A DNA stretch of 64,000 bases from Acidimicrobiia bacterium (GTDB lineage: Bacteria; Actinomycetota; Acidimicrobiia; Spongiisociales; UBA5794), in contig JASJCF010000005.1 in the NCBI GenBank assembly GCA_030066265.1, positions 414 through 64,413 on the forward strand. Direction: 5' to 3'. Position 1 is the stretch's first letter. Every line of letters begins with the position of its first letter. The position numbers and the translations under genes are program-made. The notes below the pieces were generated by a model. That model saw only the letters and a list, made by a program, of their open reading frames with translations. It had not been told where the DNA came from and ran no database searches. Shown here one piece after another: positions 1 to 8,452 of the stretch.

Positions 1-120
1 TCGTCATGGTCTCGTCGGTGTCCATGACCCAGCAAGTCAGCTCCTGACCTGCGTCGATGCCCTCGACCACGGCGACACCGACGGTGTCCGTGTGATCGTG
101 AACGAGTATCTCGGGCGTCA
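1..120 (-). CDS. SAF / UxaA-N-terminal-like domain protein, 5' fragment (gene continues past window start)
   Basis: Reverse strand from ATG at 120 reads MTPEILVHDHTDTVGVAVVEGIDAGQELTCWVMDTDETMT. The LVH..D.VGVA...I..G pattern resembles SAF-domain N-termini. It is absent from the ORF track because it is truncated. Confidence 0.4.
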
Positions 121-414
121 TTGAGGCTCCAATCGTCTGGGAAGGAGTGTTGTCGATCCGGCATGGCGGAGCCGGATTGGATGCGTCGACCTCCGACGCA
201 ACGCCAGCCCATTGTGGCAGATCGCGGGGTGGTCGGTTCGACGACATTCACGCCCACGGGGATTGCTCGGGAGCATCCGCCCAATACGATTGCGCCGAGC
301 AGGAATCACACCGCGCCCAGATATCGGTCCGTGATCCCGGGCTCGAGTATCCAACGCTGGGTTGGCTTCCGGCAAACGCCCACACGGAGGCCCGGATCAT
401 GCGAGGATCGACGC

Positions 415-834
415 ATGGCAGAGCTCAAGACCCAGCCGCATGACGGTGACGTGGACGCCTTCCTCGCATCGGTGGACAACGAACGCCGGCGACGGGATGC
501 CATTGCCATGAGGGAGATCATGGCCCGGCTGTCCCGTGCGGAACCTCGGATGTGGGGGCCATCGATCATCGGCTTCGGCGAGTACCACTACACGAACCGG
601 TCCGGCAAGCACGTGTCGTGGATGCGCACCGGATTCGCTCCCCGGAAGCAAGCGCTCACCCTGTACATCATGGATGGCTTCGATGCATACGAATCCCTCC
701 TGGCCCGACTCGGGCCGCACTCCACCGGCAAGGCGTGTCTCTACATCAAGGATCTCTCCCGGATCGACCAAGCCGTGCTCGAAGAGCTGATCACGGCGTC
801 ACTCGCCCACATCGACGACCGGAGCGAGGGCTGA
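415..834 (+). CDS. DUF1801 (YdhG-like) domain protein
   Basis: Internal ATG of track ORF 121..834. MAELKTQPHDGDVDAFLASV...MWGPSIIGFGEYHY...ACLYIKDLSRID matches the YdhG/DUF1801 pattern. The upstream 98 codons are R/P/T-rich and look non-coding. Confidence 0.7.
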   Translation: MAELKTQPHDGDVDAFLASVDNERRRRDAIAMREIMARLSRAEPRMWGPSIIGFGEYHYTNRSGKHVSWMRTGFAPRKQALTLYIMDGFDAYESLLARLGPHSTGKACLYIKDLSRIDQAVLEELITASLAHIDDRSEG

Positions 835-862
835 CGCGCCGCCACGGTCAGGAACGATCTCC

Positions 863-892
863 TTGACAGGTAAGTGATTACTTACCTATAGT
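863..892 (+). promoter_or_regulatory. Sigma70-like promoter with embedded operator, probable leaderless transcript
   Basis: TTGACA (863-868), an 18-nt spacer, then TATAGT (887-892). A perfect inverted repeat AGGTAAGT-gatt-ACTTACCT (868-887) fills the spacer. The -10 ends 7 nt before the ATG at 900 and there is no SD. Confidence 0.55.
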
Positions 893-899
893 CCGCGGC

Positions 900-1664
900 A
901 TGGACGAGGTCTTCAAGGCAATCAACGATCCCAACCGACGCCTTCTGCTCGATGCCCTCTACGAGCGAGATGGTCAGTCGCTCGGCGAGCTGTGCCAACA
1001 GCTGCCGGCGATGACGCGCCACGGCGTGATGAACCATCTCCGGATCCTCGAGGGTGCCGGCCTCGTCACGACTCACCGTGCGGGCAGATCGAAGTTCCAC
1101 TACCTGAACCCGGTGCCCATCCGGCTCATCCATGATCGATGGATCAGCCGCTACGCCGAGCCACGCATCGGCCAACTCGCCGGAATGACCGTCACCCTGG
1201 AGGAAGGAGCCACGACCGTGACACGACCCGTTCACGTCTACAAGACCTACATTCGAGCCGACATCGCCGACGTCTGGGACGCCATCACCAATCCCGACAT
1301 GACGGCGCAGTACTTCTACGGGACCCGCGTCGCGTCCGACTGGACGCCCGGCTCCCGGATGACCTACTCGTATCCGGACGGATCCCTTGCTTCAGACGGG
1401 GAGATCATCTCGATCGACCCGCCAAAGCGGCTCGAGTTCACCTTCCACCCGCTGTGGGATGAGGAAATCGCCGCAGAAGGGCCATGTCGTGAGGTCTGGA
1501 CCCTGACCGAGATCGGCGAGATGGTCGAACTCGCCATCGAGCTGTTCGACCTCGTCGTCGACAGCGTGACCTACCGTGACTTCACCGGCGGGATCCCGTA
1601 CATCGCAGCCGGCTTGAAGAGCCTGCTCGAGACCGGTGAGCCACTTCCATCACAGGCGAGCTGA
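900..1664 (+). CDS. ArsR-family HTH regulator fused to an SRPBCC/AHSA1 (Aha1-like) domain
   Basis: The N-terminus FKAINDPNRRLLLDAL...LGELCQQLPAMTRHGVMNHLRILEGAGLV is a winged-helix ArsR/SmtB motif. The C-terminal ~150 aa (VHVYKTYIRADIADVWDAITNP...) is AHSA1/SRPBCC-like. Confidence 0.85.
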   Translation: MDEVFKAINDPNRRLLLDALYERDGQSLGELCQQLPAMTRHGVMNHLRILEGAGLVTTHRAGRSKFHYLNPVPIRLIHDRWISRYAEPRIGQLAGMTVTLEEGATTVTRPVHVYKTYIRADIADVWDAITNPDMTAQYFYGTRVASDWTPGSRMTYSYPDGSLASDGEIISIDPPKRLEFTFHPLWDEEIAAEGPCREVWTLTEIGEMVELAIELFDLVVDSVTYRDFTGGIPYIAAGLKSLLETGEPLPSQAS

Positions 1665-1730
1665 TCGGTCAATCCGACAAGCAGGCTGGACCACGAGAAA
1701 AGGCCGAATCAGGAAACGAGAGGGACCACG

Positions 1731-2087
1731 ATGCCATATGTGAGCTACGTCGAGTTCAACACCGGGGACCTCGAGCAAACGACTTCGTTCTATCGCTCGG
1801 TGTTCGACTGGGATCCCCAACCGTGGGGCGCCGACGACTACCTGGTGGCGAGCCACGGCGACGAGCCGGGTCTCGACACAGGCATCACGACGTCACAGGA
1901 CGGTCAACCCCTCACCGTGGCAACCATCACCGTCGACGATCTCGAGGGGTACATGGCCAAGGTCATCCTCGCAGGAGGCGAGATCGTGGTCCCGAAGTTC
2001 ACCATCCCCGGTGTGGGTCACGCCTGCTACTTCATCGATCCCACCGGCATGATCGTCGGAATGAACCAACCCGACACCGAGGCGTGA
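1731..2087 (+). CDS. VOC (glyoxalase/bleomycin-resistance) family protein
   Basis: 118 aa. VEFNTGDLEQTTSFYRSVFDW...GGEIVVPKFTIPGVGHACYFIDPTGMIVGM is a typical VOC fold signature. SD gagaggga lies upstream. Confidence 0.85.
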   Translation: MPYVSYVEFNTGDLEQTTSFYRSVFDWDPQPWGADDYLVASHGDEPGLDTGITTSQDGQPLTVATITVDDLEGYMAKVILAGGEIVVPKFTIPGVGHACYFIDPTGMIVGMNQPDTEA

Positions 2088-2124
2088 GCCATGAGCCATG
2101 AGCCATGAGCCATGAGCCATGAGC
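2085..2124. repeat. Heptamer tandem repeat (TGAGCCA)x5.7
   Basis: Read directly: tgagccatgagccatgagccatgagccatgagccatgagc. It starts on the stop codon of the VOC gene. Confidence 0.95.
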
Positions 2125-2157
2125 TGATTGTGCGAGCGAAGCTCGCTCCTCTTCACT

Positions 2158-2180
2158 CTCCCCCGGCTTTGCCGGGGGAG
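2158..2180 (+). terminator. GC-rich hairpin (possible terminator of the VOC gene)
   Basis: ctcccccggc-ttt-gccgggggag, a perfect 10-bp stem with a 3-nt loop. No U-tract follows, so a terminator function is uncertain. Confidence 0.3.
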
Positions 2181-2289
2181 ATGTCCGGAGGGAGGAACGA
2201 CCGAACGGGCAGAGGGGGCCAGCCCAGCACGCTGAGTCTTCCGACCGGCCCACCTCCGTCGACCAGTTCACTGTCGTCAGCCGGCCCCG

Positions 2290-2378
2290 CAGCTCCTCAG
2301 CTTCTTGGCTTCTCGGCTCCTCGGCTCCTTCGCTCCTCAGCTCCTCAGCTCCTCAGCTCCTCAGCTCCTCAGCTCCTC
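2290..2378. repeat. Octamer tandem repeat (CAGCTCCT)n with degenerate leading units
   Basis: cagctcctcagcttcttggcttctcggctcctcggctccttcgctcct followed by six perfect cagctcct units. It abuts the stop codon (2377-2379) of the large minus-strand gene. Confidence 0.95.
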
Positions 2379-5300
2379 ACAGTCCGAGGGCTCGGGCGAG
2401 GAAGGCTGCGATCTGGTATCGAGTGATGCGGTTCTCCGGGCAGAACTCCGTGTTGGCGGGCGGGTTGCAGCCGCGTGTCACGCCTGCCGTGGCGAGCTTG
2501 TCGATGTCGTTCTCGAAGATCGAGTCGTCGTCGTCGATGAACAAGTCTCCCCCACCATTGTCCACGTAGCCGAAGGCCCGGACGAAGAACGCCGCCGCCT
2601 GCCCGCGTGTGAGGAACTGATCGGGACAGAACCTCGTGTTCGCCGGCGGGTTGCAGCCCCGGGTGATGCCGGACGCGTAGAGCGCCTCGATGTCGTTCTC
2701 GAAGATCGAGTCGTCGTCATCGGTGAACGGATTCCCCGAACCCGGTGCGAGGTTGAGAGCACGATTCATCAGTGCTGCGAACTGCCCTCGCGTGACGTTG
2801 CTACTCCCGCAGTACCGGTCGTTGAGGGGGGGATTGCACCCGCGGGTGATGTCGGCCAGCGCAATGGCGTTGACATCCCGCTGGAAGATCGAGGCGTTGT
2901 CGTCGAAGAAGAAGTCAACGACCTCGACCGTCCGGAACGCCACGGCGAGATTCCCGCCGGAGTCCACGACCGAGTACTGAACGCGATACGAACCGGGCTC
3001 GGACGTGTCGACGTCCGTTGCATCGATGGTCAACAACGGTGTCAGATCGCCGTCCTGGCCATCGGTTGCCGTGGCACCGAGCTCGACATATGGGTTGCCG
3101 AAAGCGATCCGTTGCGGGTTCGGACCCGTCAACAGGATGAACGGCACATCGTCGGAGGCCACCGCCACGACTCGCCACACCGTCTCCGCCGCGTTGCCGG
3201 CGTCATCGCTGACGTCGTAGGTCACGAGGTAGCGTCCCGCCCGAGCATCGTCCACACCGGTCGAATCGGCAACGACGGACGCCGAAACGTCGCCGTCCAC
3301 GTCGTCCGTTGCGGTTGCCCCGAGCTCGGCGTACATCGCACCGGGGCCGACAACCTGGGTGGCCGGACCGATCAGACTGATCACCGGTGGGGTGACGTCC
3401 ACCACCTGCACCGTCCGCGTGAGCGTCGGTGCGGGATTGCCGTCGGAGTCGGAGACGTCGTAGGTGACGTCGTAGCTCCCGACTTTCGACGTGTTGACAT
3501 CTGAGTCATCGATGTCCGTCACGTTGATCGAGCCGTCCTTGTCATCTGCGGCATCTGCGCCGTACTCGACATACGTGCCGCCAACAGGGATCACGTATGG
3601 ATCCGGACCGGCGAGCGCCATCACGGGACCAGCCGAGCCGACGACGAGGACGGCACGCCCTTCACGAGCGATATTGCCCGCAGCATCGGTCGCCGTGTAC
3701 GTGACGGTGTATCCGCCTGCAACCGAGGTGTTGACCGATGAGTTGTTCACGACCAGGTTCGGCGATGGATCGATGTCATCCGTCACCGAGGCCCCCGGTT
3801 CGTTGTACGAGGCCCCCACGTCGAGCACCACCGGATTGTTGCCGCTCAGCGTGATGCCCGGCGGTGTCGTGTCGACGACCGGTGCGGCCACCACCTGCAC
3901 GGTGCGGGTCACCTGCGGTGCGGCCCCGGATCCGTTCGATACGTCGTACGTGACCAGGTAGATACCGGTCGTCGACGTATCGACCGCGTCGCCTCCAACG
4001 CTGATCGTGCCGGAGATATCGCCGCTCCCGTCGGCTGCTGCAGCACCTGGATCGGCGTAAAGATCGCCCTGCCTGATCACCTGTGGGTTTGCACCCTTCA
4101 ATGCCATCACCGGCGGTCCGGCTACGGGAGCCACGAGCACGGCACGTCCATCGGCCGAGCTGTTGCCCGAGCTGTCGGATGCCGAGAAGGCAACCGTGTA
4201 GGCGCCAGCCGCCGAGGTATTGACGACAGAGTCGTCGAACGAAACCGCGACCGAGCCGTCGACGTTGTCCAGCGCCGTGGCACCGGCATCGACGTACGTG
4301 GGATCACCGATCGCAAGCAGGACAGGATTGACGCCATTCAGCGTGATCACCGGTGGCGTGGTATCCGGTGATGCCGGTGAGGCGACCACCTGCACCGTAC
4401 GGGTGACCTGCGGGGCTGCGTTGCCGTCGTTGTCAGTGACGTTGTACGTGACCGAATAGGTTCCGATGGTCGATGCATTGACGGTGTCTCCCCCCACCAC
4501 GATCGACGGGGTGAGGTTGCCGTCCTTCTCGTCCCGGGCCGACGCTCCCAGATCGGTGTAGGCACCCCCTACGGTGATGACCTGGGGGTTGGCGCCCTTC
4601 AGCGCCAGGGATGGCCCACCGGAGCCGACCACGAGCACGGTCCGCTGTTTCTCGACGGCCTCGTTGCCAGCGGCATCTTCCACGTTGTAGGTGATGCGGT
4701 AGCCGCCCGCAACGTTGGTGTTGACGTTCGAGTCGACATCGATGCTGCCGGTGATGTTCCCGTCGGTGTCATCGGACGCCGTCGCCCCTGGGTCGACGAA
4801 CGGATCGCCGACATCGAGCACGATCGATGGGGAGCCCGCGAGGCTGATGATCGGCCGCGTCACGTCGACCACATTCACCGTCCGGGTCGCCGTCCCCCTG
4901 TTGCTCGAACTATCGAGCACGGAATACGTGACCGAATAGCTCCCGAGGAGCGCAGTGTTCACCGCACCTGCGTTGATGACGATCGAGCCAGTGACGTCAC
5001 CATCAACGTTGTCGTTCGCAACCGCCCCTCGCTCCACGTAGGCCCCTCCGAGAGGCACCACGAGCGGGTTGGGGCCGATGAGGTCGATCACGGGTGGGAG
5101 CGCATCGCGTACCGAGAACGTGCGAGTCTCAGGCAACGACGGCTGGCTTGCGGTGTCGATGGCGCGGACGGAGAGGACATAGGGCTGCGCTGACGGCAGC
5201 GTCGAGCCCAAGTCGAAGGTGTACGACCAGTTCGTCGAGGCACCACCCGGTGACGACAGTGAGGCGTTGAGGCTCGCCAGTGTGGGCTGGAACGACGTGC

Positions 5301-6705
5301 CGTTCCAGAACCGGCCGGTCACCTGATCCTGGATCGAGAGAAGGACTTCGGTGACGCCCGTTGCATCCGCAGCCGTGCCGGCGATGACGAGTGGCGAGTC
5401 TGCGATGGCTCCGTTCGGCGGTGTCGTGATCGCCACCGTGGGCGGCGCATCGGACGACGGGGTGATGTCGAGGTAGCGCAGGAGGGCTTCGGTGAAGAAG
5501 TAGTCCGCATAGATCGTGGAGACGTCGATCTCGGAGTTGCGGGGACGGTTCCCCGTCACGTGCAGCAGCAGCCCGGCGCTGTTGGATCCGTTCGAGCGAT
5601 ACGTCGACGACATGAGCGTCTCGAGGATGTCGCTCGCGGCGTCGAAGTACCGATCCGCCTCGGCTCCGGAGGTCAGGGTTGCGAGACGCAGCAGGCCCGC
5701 GGTCGCTATCGCCGCAGCCGAGCTGTCCTTGTCGCGCAGGCTGCTTCCGCCGGCGTCGAAGTCCCACCAGGGGATGTTGTCGGCGGGGAGGTTGTCGAGG
5801 AAGTAGTCAGCCAGATCCCTCGCCGCATTGAGGTTCGAGGCATCACCCGTGCGCTCGGCGAGCATCGCATAGCCGTAGATGCCCCAGGCTTGACCGCGCG
5901 CCCACGTGGTCTCGTCGCCCGCACCCGCATGCGTGCCTCGCTCGATGACGGCGCCGGTCGACGGGTTGAAGTCGACGAGGTGGTACGTGGACCCGTTGTT
6001 GCGAATGTGCTCGTCCGCTGTCACCTCTGCGTGACTGTCGACCATGCCGTTCCACGACGAGGTCTCGGATCCGTTGGTGGTCAGCTCGGCACCGTTGAGC
6101 AGGAGTTCGAGGTTGACCACGTTGTCGATGATCACCGGGAACGACCAGCTGCCAAAGCTCCACGATCGCGTGGCACCGACGTCGGGGTCGTAGCGAGTGG
6201 CGAGCGAGCGAGCCGCTGTCAGCAGGGTGTTGCGATAGGTGGTCTTGCCCGTCAGCTCGTATGCCAGCGATGCGGGGATGCCGACCATGAAACCGACATC
6301 GTGGGTGTCGGTTCGAGTCGCCTGTGATGACAGCGACGTGCTCCACGAGGTTGCCGCCGAGAGGAAGTCCGCCTGAGCCGTGTAGCGGTACATCTGCCAC
6401 AGGAGGGCTGGGAAGAACCCGCTCGTCCAGTCGGAGGCGGACACGGTGTCCCACTTCCCGTCTGATCCGGTCGACCGGGGGAACGACGTCGTCGACGGTA
6501 GATCGTCGATCGTGTCGCGGACCTGGTCCGCCACGAACTCCAGGGTGTCCCTCACCTCGGTCCGCAACTCGCCTGAGAACGCTTCAGCGCGCGACGCGCC
6601 ACGTGGGGCGCCGACGAGCGGCAGCATGGCAGCCGCCATGACCAGGACGACGAGAAGGGTTATCCGAGGTCTCCAACCCAGTCGTCCACCACCCTGGCTC
6701 CGCAT
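2377..6705 (-). CDS. Secreted multidomain protein: GH88-like unsaturated glucuronyl hydrolase + Ig-like region + 9 DUF5011/HYR-like repeats + 3 C-terminal Cys-pair (SLH-like) repeats
   Basis: Start set at ATG 6705 (SD GGAGG 5 nt upstream; signal peptide ...LPLVGAPRGASRAEA). GH88-type motifs present: WTSGFFPALLW, THDVGFM, WARGQAWGIYGY. There are nine ~72-aa repeats of the type G.NP....G..Y.D.GA.A.D..DG..T......V.T...G.Y.VTY.V.D..GN. Three C-terminal repeats read DD.SIFE.DI..L...GITRGCNPP.N..FCP....TRGQ.AAF..RA. Confidence 0.85.
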   Translation of the reverse strand: MRSQGGGRLGWRPRITLLVVLVMAAAMLPLVGAPRGASRAEAFSGELRTEVRDTLEFVADQVRDTIDDLPSTTSFPRSTGSDGKWDTVSASDWTSGFFPALLWQMYRYTAQADFLSAATSWSTSLSSQATRTDTHDVGFMVGIPASLAYELTGKTTYRNTLLTAARSLATRYDPDVGATRSWSFGSWSFPVIIDNVVNLELLLNGAELTTNGSETSSWNGMVDSHAEVTADEHIRNNGSTYHLVDFNPSTGAVIERGTHAGAGDETTWARGQAWGIYGYAMLAERTGDASNLNAARDLADYFLDNLPADNIPWWDFDAGGSSLRDKDSSAAAIATAGLLRLATLTSGAEADRYFDAASDILETLMSSTYRSNGSNSAGLLLHVTGNRPRNSEIDVSTIYADYFFTEALLRYLDITPSSDAPPTVAITTPPNGAIADSPLVIAGTAADATGVTEVLLSIQDQVTGRFWNGTSFQPTLASLNASLSSPGGASTNWSYTFDLGSTLPSAQPYVLSVRAIDTASQPSLPETRTFSVRDALPPVIDLIGPNPLVVPLGGAYVERGAVANDNVDGDVTGSIVINAGAVNTALLGSYSVTYSVLDSSSNRGTATRTVNVVDVTRPIISLAGSPSIVLDVGDPFVDPGATASDDTDGNITGSIDVDSNVNTNVAGGYRITYNVEDAAGNEAVEKQRTVLVVGSGGPSLALKGANPQVITVGGAYTDLGASARDEKDGNLTPSIVVGGDTVNASTIGTYSVTYNVTDNDGNAAPQVTRTVQVVASPASPDTTPPVITLNGVNPVLLAIGDPTYVDAGATALDNVDGSVAVSFDDSVVNTSAAGAYTVAFSASDSSGNSSADGRAVLVAPVAGPPVMALKGANPQVIRQGDLYADPGAAAADGSGDISGTISVGGDAVDTSTTGIYLVTYDVSNGSGAAPQVTRTVQVVAAPVVDTTPPGITLSGNNPVVLDVGASYNEPGASVTDDIDPSPNLVVNNSSVNTSVAGGYTVTYTATDAAGNIAREGRAVLVVGSAGPVMALAGPDPYVIPVGGTYVEYGADAADDKDGSINVTDIDDSDVNTSKVGSYDVTYDVSDSDGNPAPTLTRTVQVVDVTPPVISLIGPATQVVGPGAMYAELGATATDDVDGDVSASVVADSTGVDDARAGRYLVTYDVSDDAGNAAETVWRVVAVASDDVPFILLTGPNPQRIAFGNPYVELGATATDGQDGDLTPLLTIDATDVDTSEPGSYRVQYSVVDSGGNLAVAFRTVEVVDFFFDDNASIFQRDVNAIALADITRGCNPPLNDRYCGSSNVTRGQFAALMNRALNLAPGSGNPFTDDDDSIFENDIEALYASGITRGCNPPANTRFCPDQFLTRGQAAAFFVRAFGYVDNGGGDLFIDDDDSIFENDIDKLATAGVTRGCNPPANTEFCPENRITRYQIAAFLARALGL

Positions 6706-6972
6706 GATGCCCTCCGTATCCGCGCGGCCACCCAAGCCGTACACCACCAAGTGAAGTGACTCGCCTCGGTAGTGTCAATCCGCCCCCTCACCTGTGTTGG
6801 TTCGCTTTTCGCGAGCTGCCGACCCCATGCGGCTTCTCAGGATCCGACAAGAGGAGTCATCTGCGGAGCACTGGGTCTGCGAAGGGGCGCAGCGGCCCGT
6901 TTCGGGCCTCGGATGCGGACGAAGCTCAGGGCTACACGAAGTCGGCGCGCCTCGCGGGATTGACCGGAAGGC

Positions 6973-7986
6973 CTAGTTGTCGGCCCCGCGGTCTTCACCC
7001 CGTCGCGACCACGAGGGCCGATTCTCATCGACCGCCTTCTGGTCCACCGACTCCTCGTCCACCGATCCGGGGGCCTCCGAGCCCGAGCCTGCCGCCGTGG
7101 GACCGTCGTCGGTGTCCTCGCTCGCGTCGTCCTCCGGGAACGTGTTGGCGGGCTGGGGCGAGAAGAGCGTTGGCTTGCCAACGAGAGTGCGGCGCTCTCC
7201 CCGGCGTTGGGTGTAGATGACCCAGGCGACGCCACCGATGAACGCTGCGATCGACACCCAGCCGTTTCGGCTCAACCCGAGGAAACGGAAGGTCGTGTCG
7301 GTGCGCAACAGCTCCATCAGGAAACGGATGAAGGCGTACATGGCCACGTAGATGCCGAACGAGGCTCCTTTGGCCAGCTTGCCGTAGCGCTCCAGCACCA
7401 AGATGGTCGGCACGAGGATCAGCGCGTTCCAGATCGCCTCGTAGGCGAACGTGGGATGGAAGGTCTCGAACTCGCGGTAGGCCTCGGGACGACGGGCCGG
7501 ATCGATGATGATCGCCCAGGGAAGGTCACTCGGGGTTCCGAAGAGCTCCTGGTTGAAGTAATTCCCGAAGCGCCCGATCGCCTGCGCAAGCGGCACACCG
7601 ACGGCGACGGCGTCCCCGATGGCGAACAGATCGCCATTCCATCGGTTGACCATCCAAATCAGTGCGATTGCACCGAACAGCAGGCCGCCATAGAGAGCGA
7701 GCCCGCCCTCCCAGATGAACAGGACGGCCCACGGCCGACCTTCGAAACGAGCGGTATGAGTGATGACGTACGCGGCGCGGGCACCGAGGAACCCGATGAC
7801 GATGGCCCAGATCGCCACTCGCTCGAAGAGCTCGGAGCTCCCCCCGAATCGGATGTATCGCTGCCGAGAGACGATGATCGCAACGATCACGCCCACTGCG
7901 ATGAGGATCCCGTAGAAGTGGATCGTCAACGGGCCCAGTTCGAGAACGTTCTGGGCAGGGGAAGGGATCGCTGCGACGGGCATCAT
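6973..7986 (-). CDS. lgt: Prolipoprotein diacylglyceryl transferase
   Basis: LGPLTIHFYGILIAVG...GGLALYGGL...GRFGNYFNQELFG...HPTFAYEAIWN are typical Lgt motifs. Start set at ATGATG 7986, where ATGA overlaps the stop of the upstream gene. There is a long acidic low-complexity C-terminal tail. Confidence 0.9.
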   Translation of the reverse strand: MMPVAAIPSPAQNVLELGPLTIHFYGILIAVGVIVAIIVSRQRYIRFGGSSELFERVAIWAIVIGFLGARAAYVITHTARFEGRPWAVLFIWEGGLALYGGLLFGAIALIWMVNRWNGDLFAIGDAVAVGVPLAQAIGRFGNYFNQELFGTPSDLPWAIIIDPARRPEAYREFETFHPTFAYEAIWNALILVPTILVLERYGKLAKGASFGIYVAMYAFIRFLMELLRTDTTFRFLGLSRNGWVSIAAFIGGVAWVIYTQRRGERRTLVGKPTLFSPQPANTFPEDDASEDTDDGPTAAGSGSEAPGSVDEESVDQKAVDENRPSWSRRGEDRGADN

Positions 7987-8330
7987 CCGTATCGTTCCTT
8001 GAACTCCTGATAGGCGGCCCACGCCTTCGGTGCGTAGACGGTGCCGGGACCGCCGTTCATCTGGATAGCAACGCCCAGCGCCTCAGCGAATTCCTGCTCT
8101 GTCGCACCGTGGCGAACAGCCATGCGGGTGTGACTCGCGATGCAGCCTTCACACCGGTCCGAGATCGCAATACCGACTGCGATCAACTCTTTCGTCTTGG
8201 GCGAGAGTGCGCCGTCCGTGAACGCAGCGCGGTGCATGTGCACGAAGCCCTCGTAGACGTCGGGGATTCTCTCCCGGAGTTCTCGGGCAGATGCCTGCGT
8301 CGCCTTGATCTCGTCTTGGAAGTGGCCCAT
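7983..8330 (-). CDS. Carboxymuconolactone decarboxylase / AhpD-like family protein
   Basis: 115 aa with LSPKTKELIAVGIAISDRCEGCIASH (AhpD-type CxxC core). SD gaggag precedes the ATG at 8330. Confidence 0.85.
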   Translation of the reverse strand: MGHFQDEIKATQASARELRERIPDVYEGFVHMHRAAFTDGALSPKTKELIAVGIAISDRCEGCIASHTRMAVRHGATEQEFAEALGVAIQMNGGPGTVYAPKAWAAYQEFKERYG

Positions 8331-8452
8331 CGTGCTCCTCGCTCCGGTCTGTCACGGCCATGGTATGTCCGCCGCGCCCGTTCCACCCACGGACCCAGCG
8401 GTAACCCGACGGGTAGCCTGACGATCAGCTCAACGTCGAGAAACGAGGCACG

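Noticed and set aside
121-414. 294-bp divergent intergenic region with several overlapping track ORFs. It was inspected for a riboswitch, small RNA or pseudogene
   Set aside because: I could not recognise any riboswitch core: no B12 box, TPP CUGAGA...ACCUGA, purine or ZTP motifs. The ORFs are R/P-rich with no homology signal. It is left unannotated and would need a covariance-model scan.
2305-3504. 399-aa plus-strand ORF and many other 60-250-aa ORFs overlapping the GH88/DUF5011 gene
   Set aside because: They are antisense or off-frame to a 1442-aa gene with coherent domain repeats. Their translations are Arg/Val/Gly-rich with no motifs.
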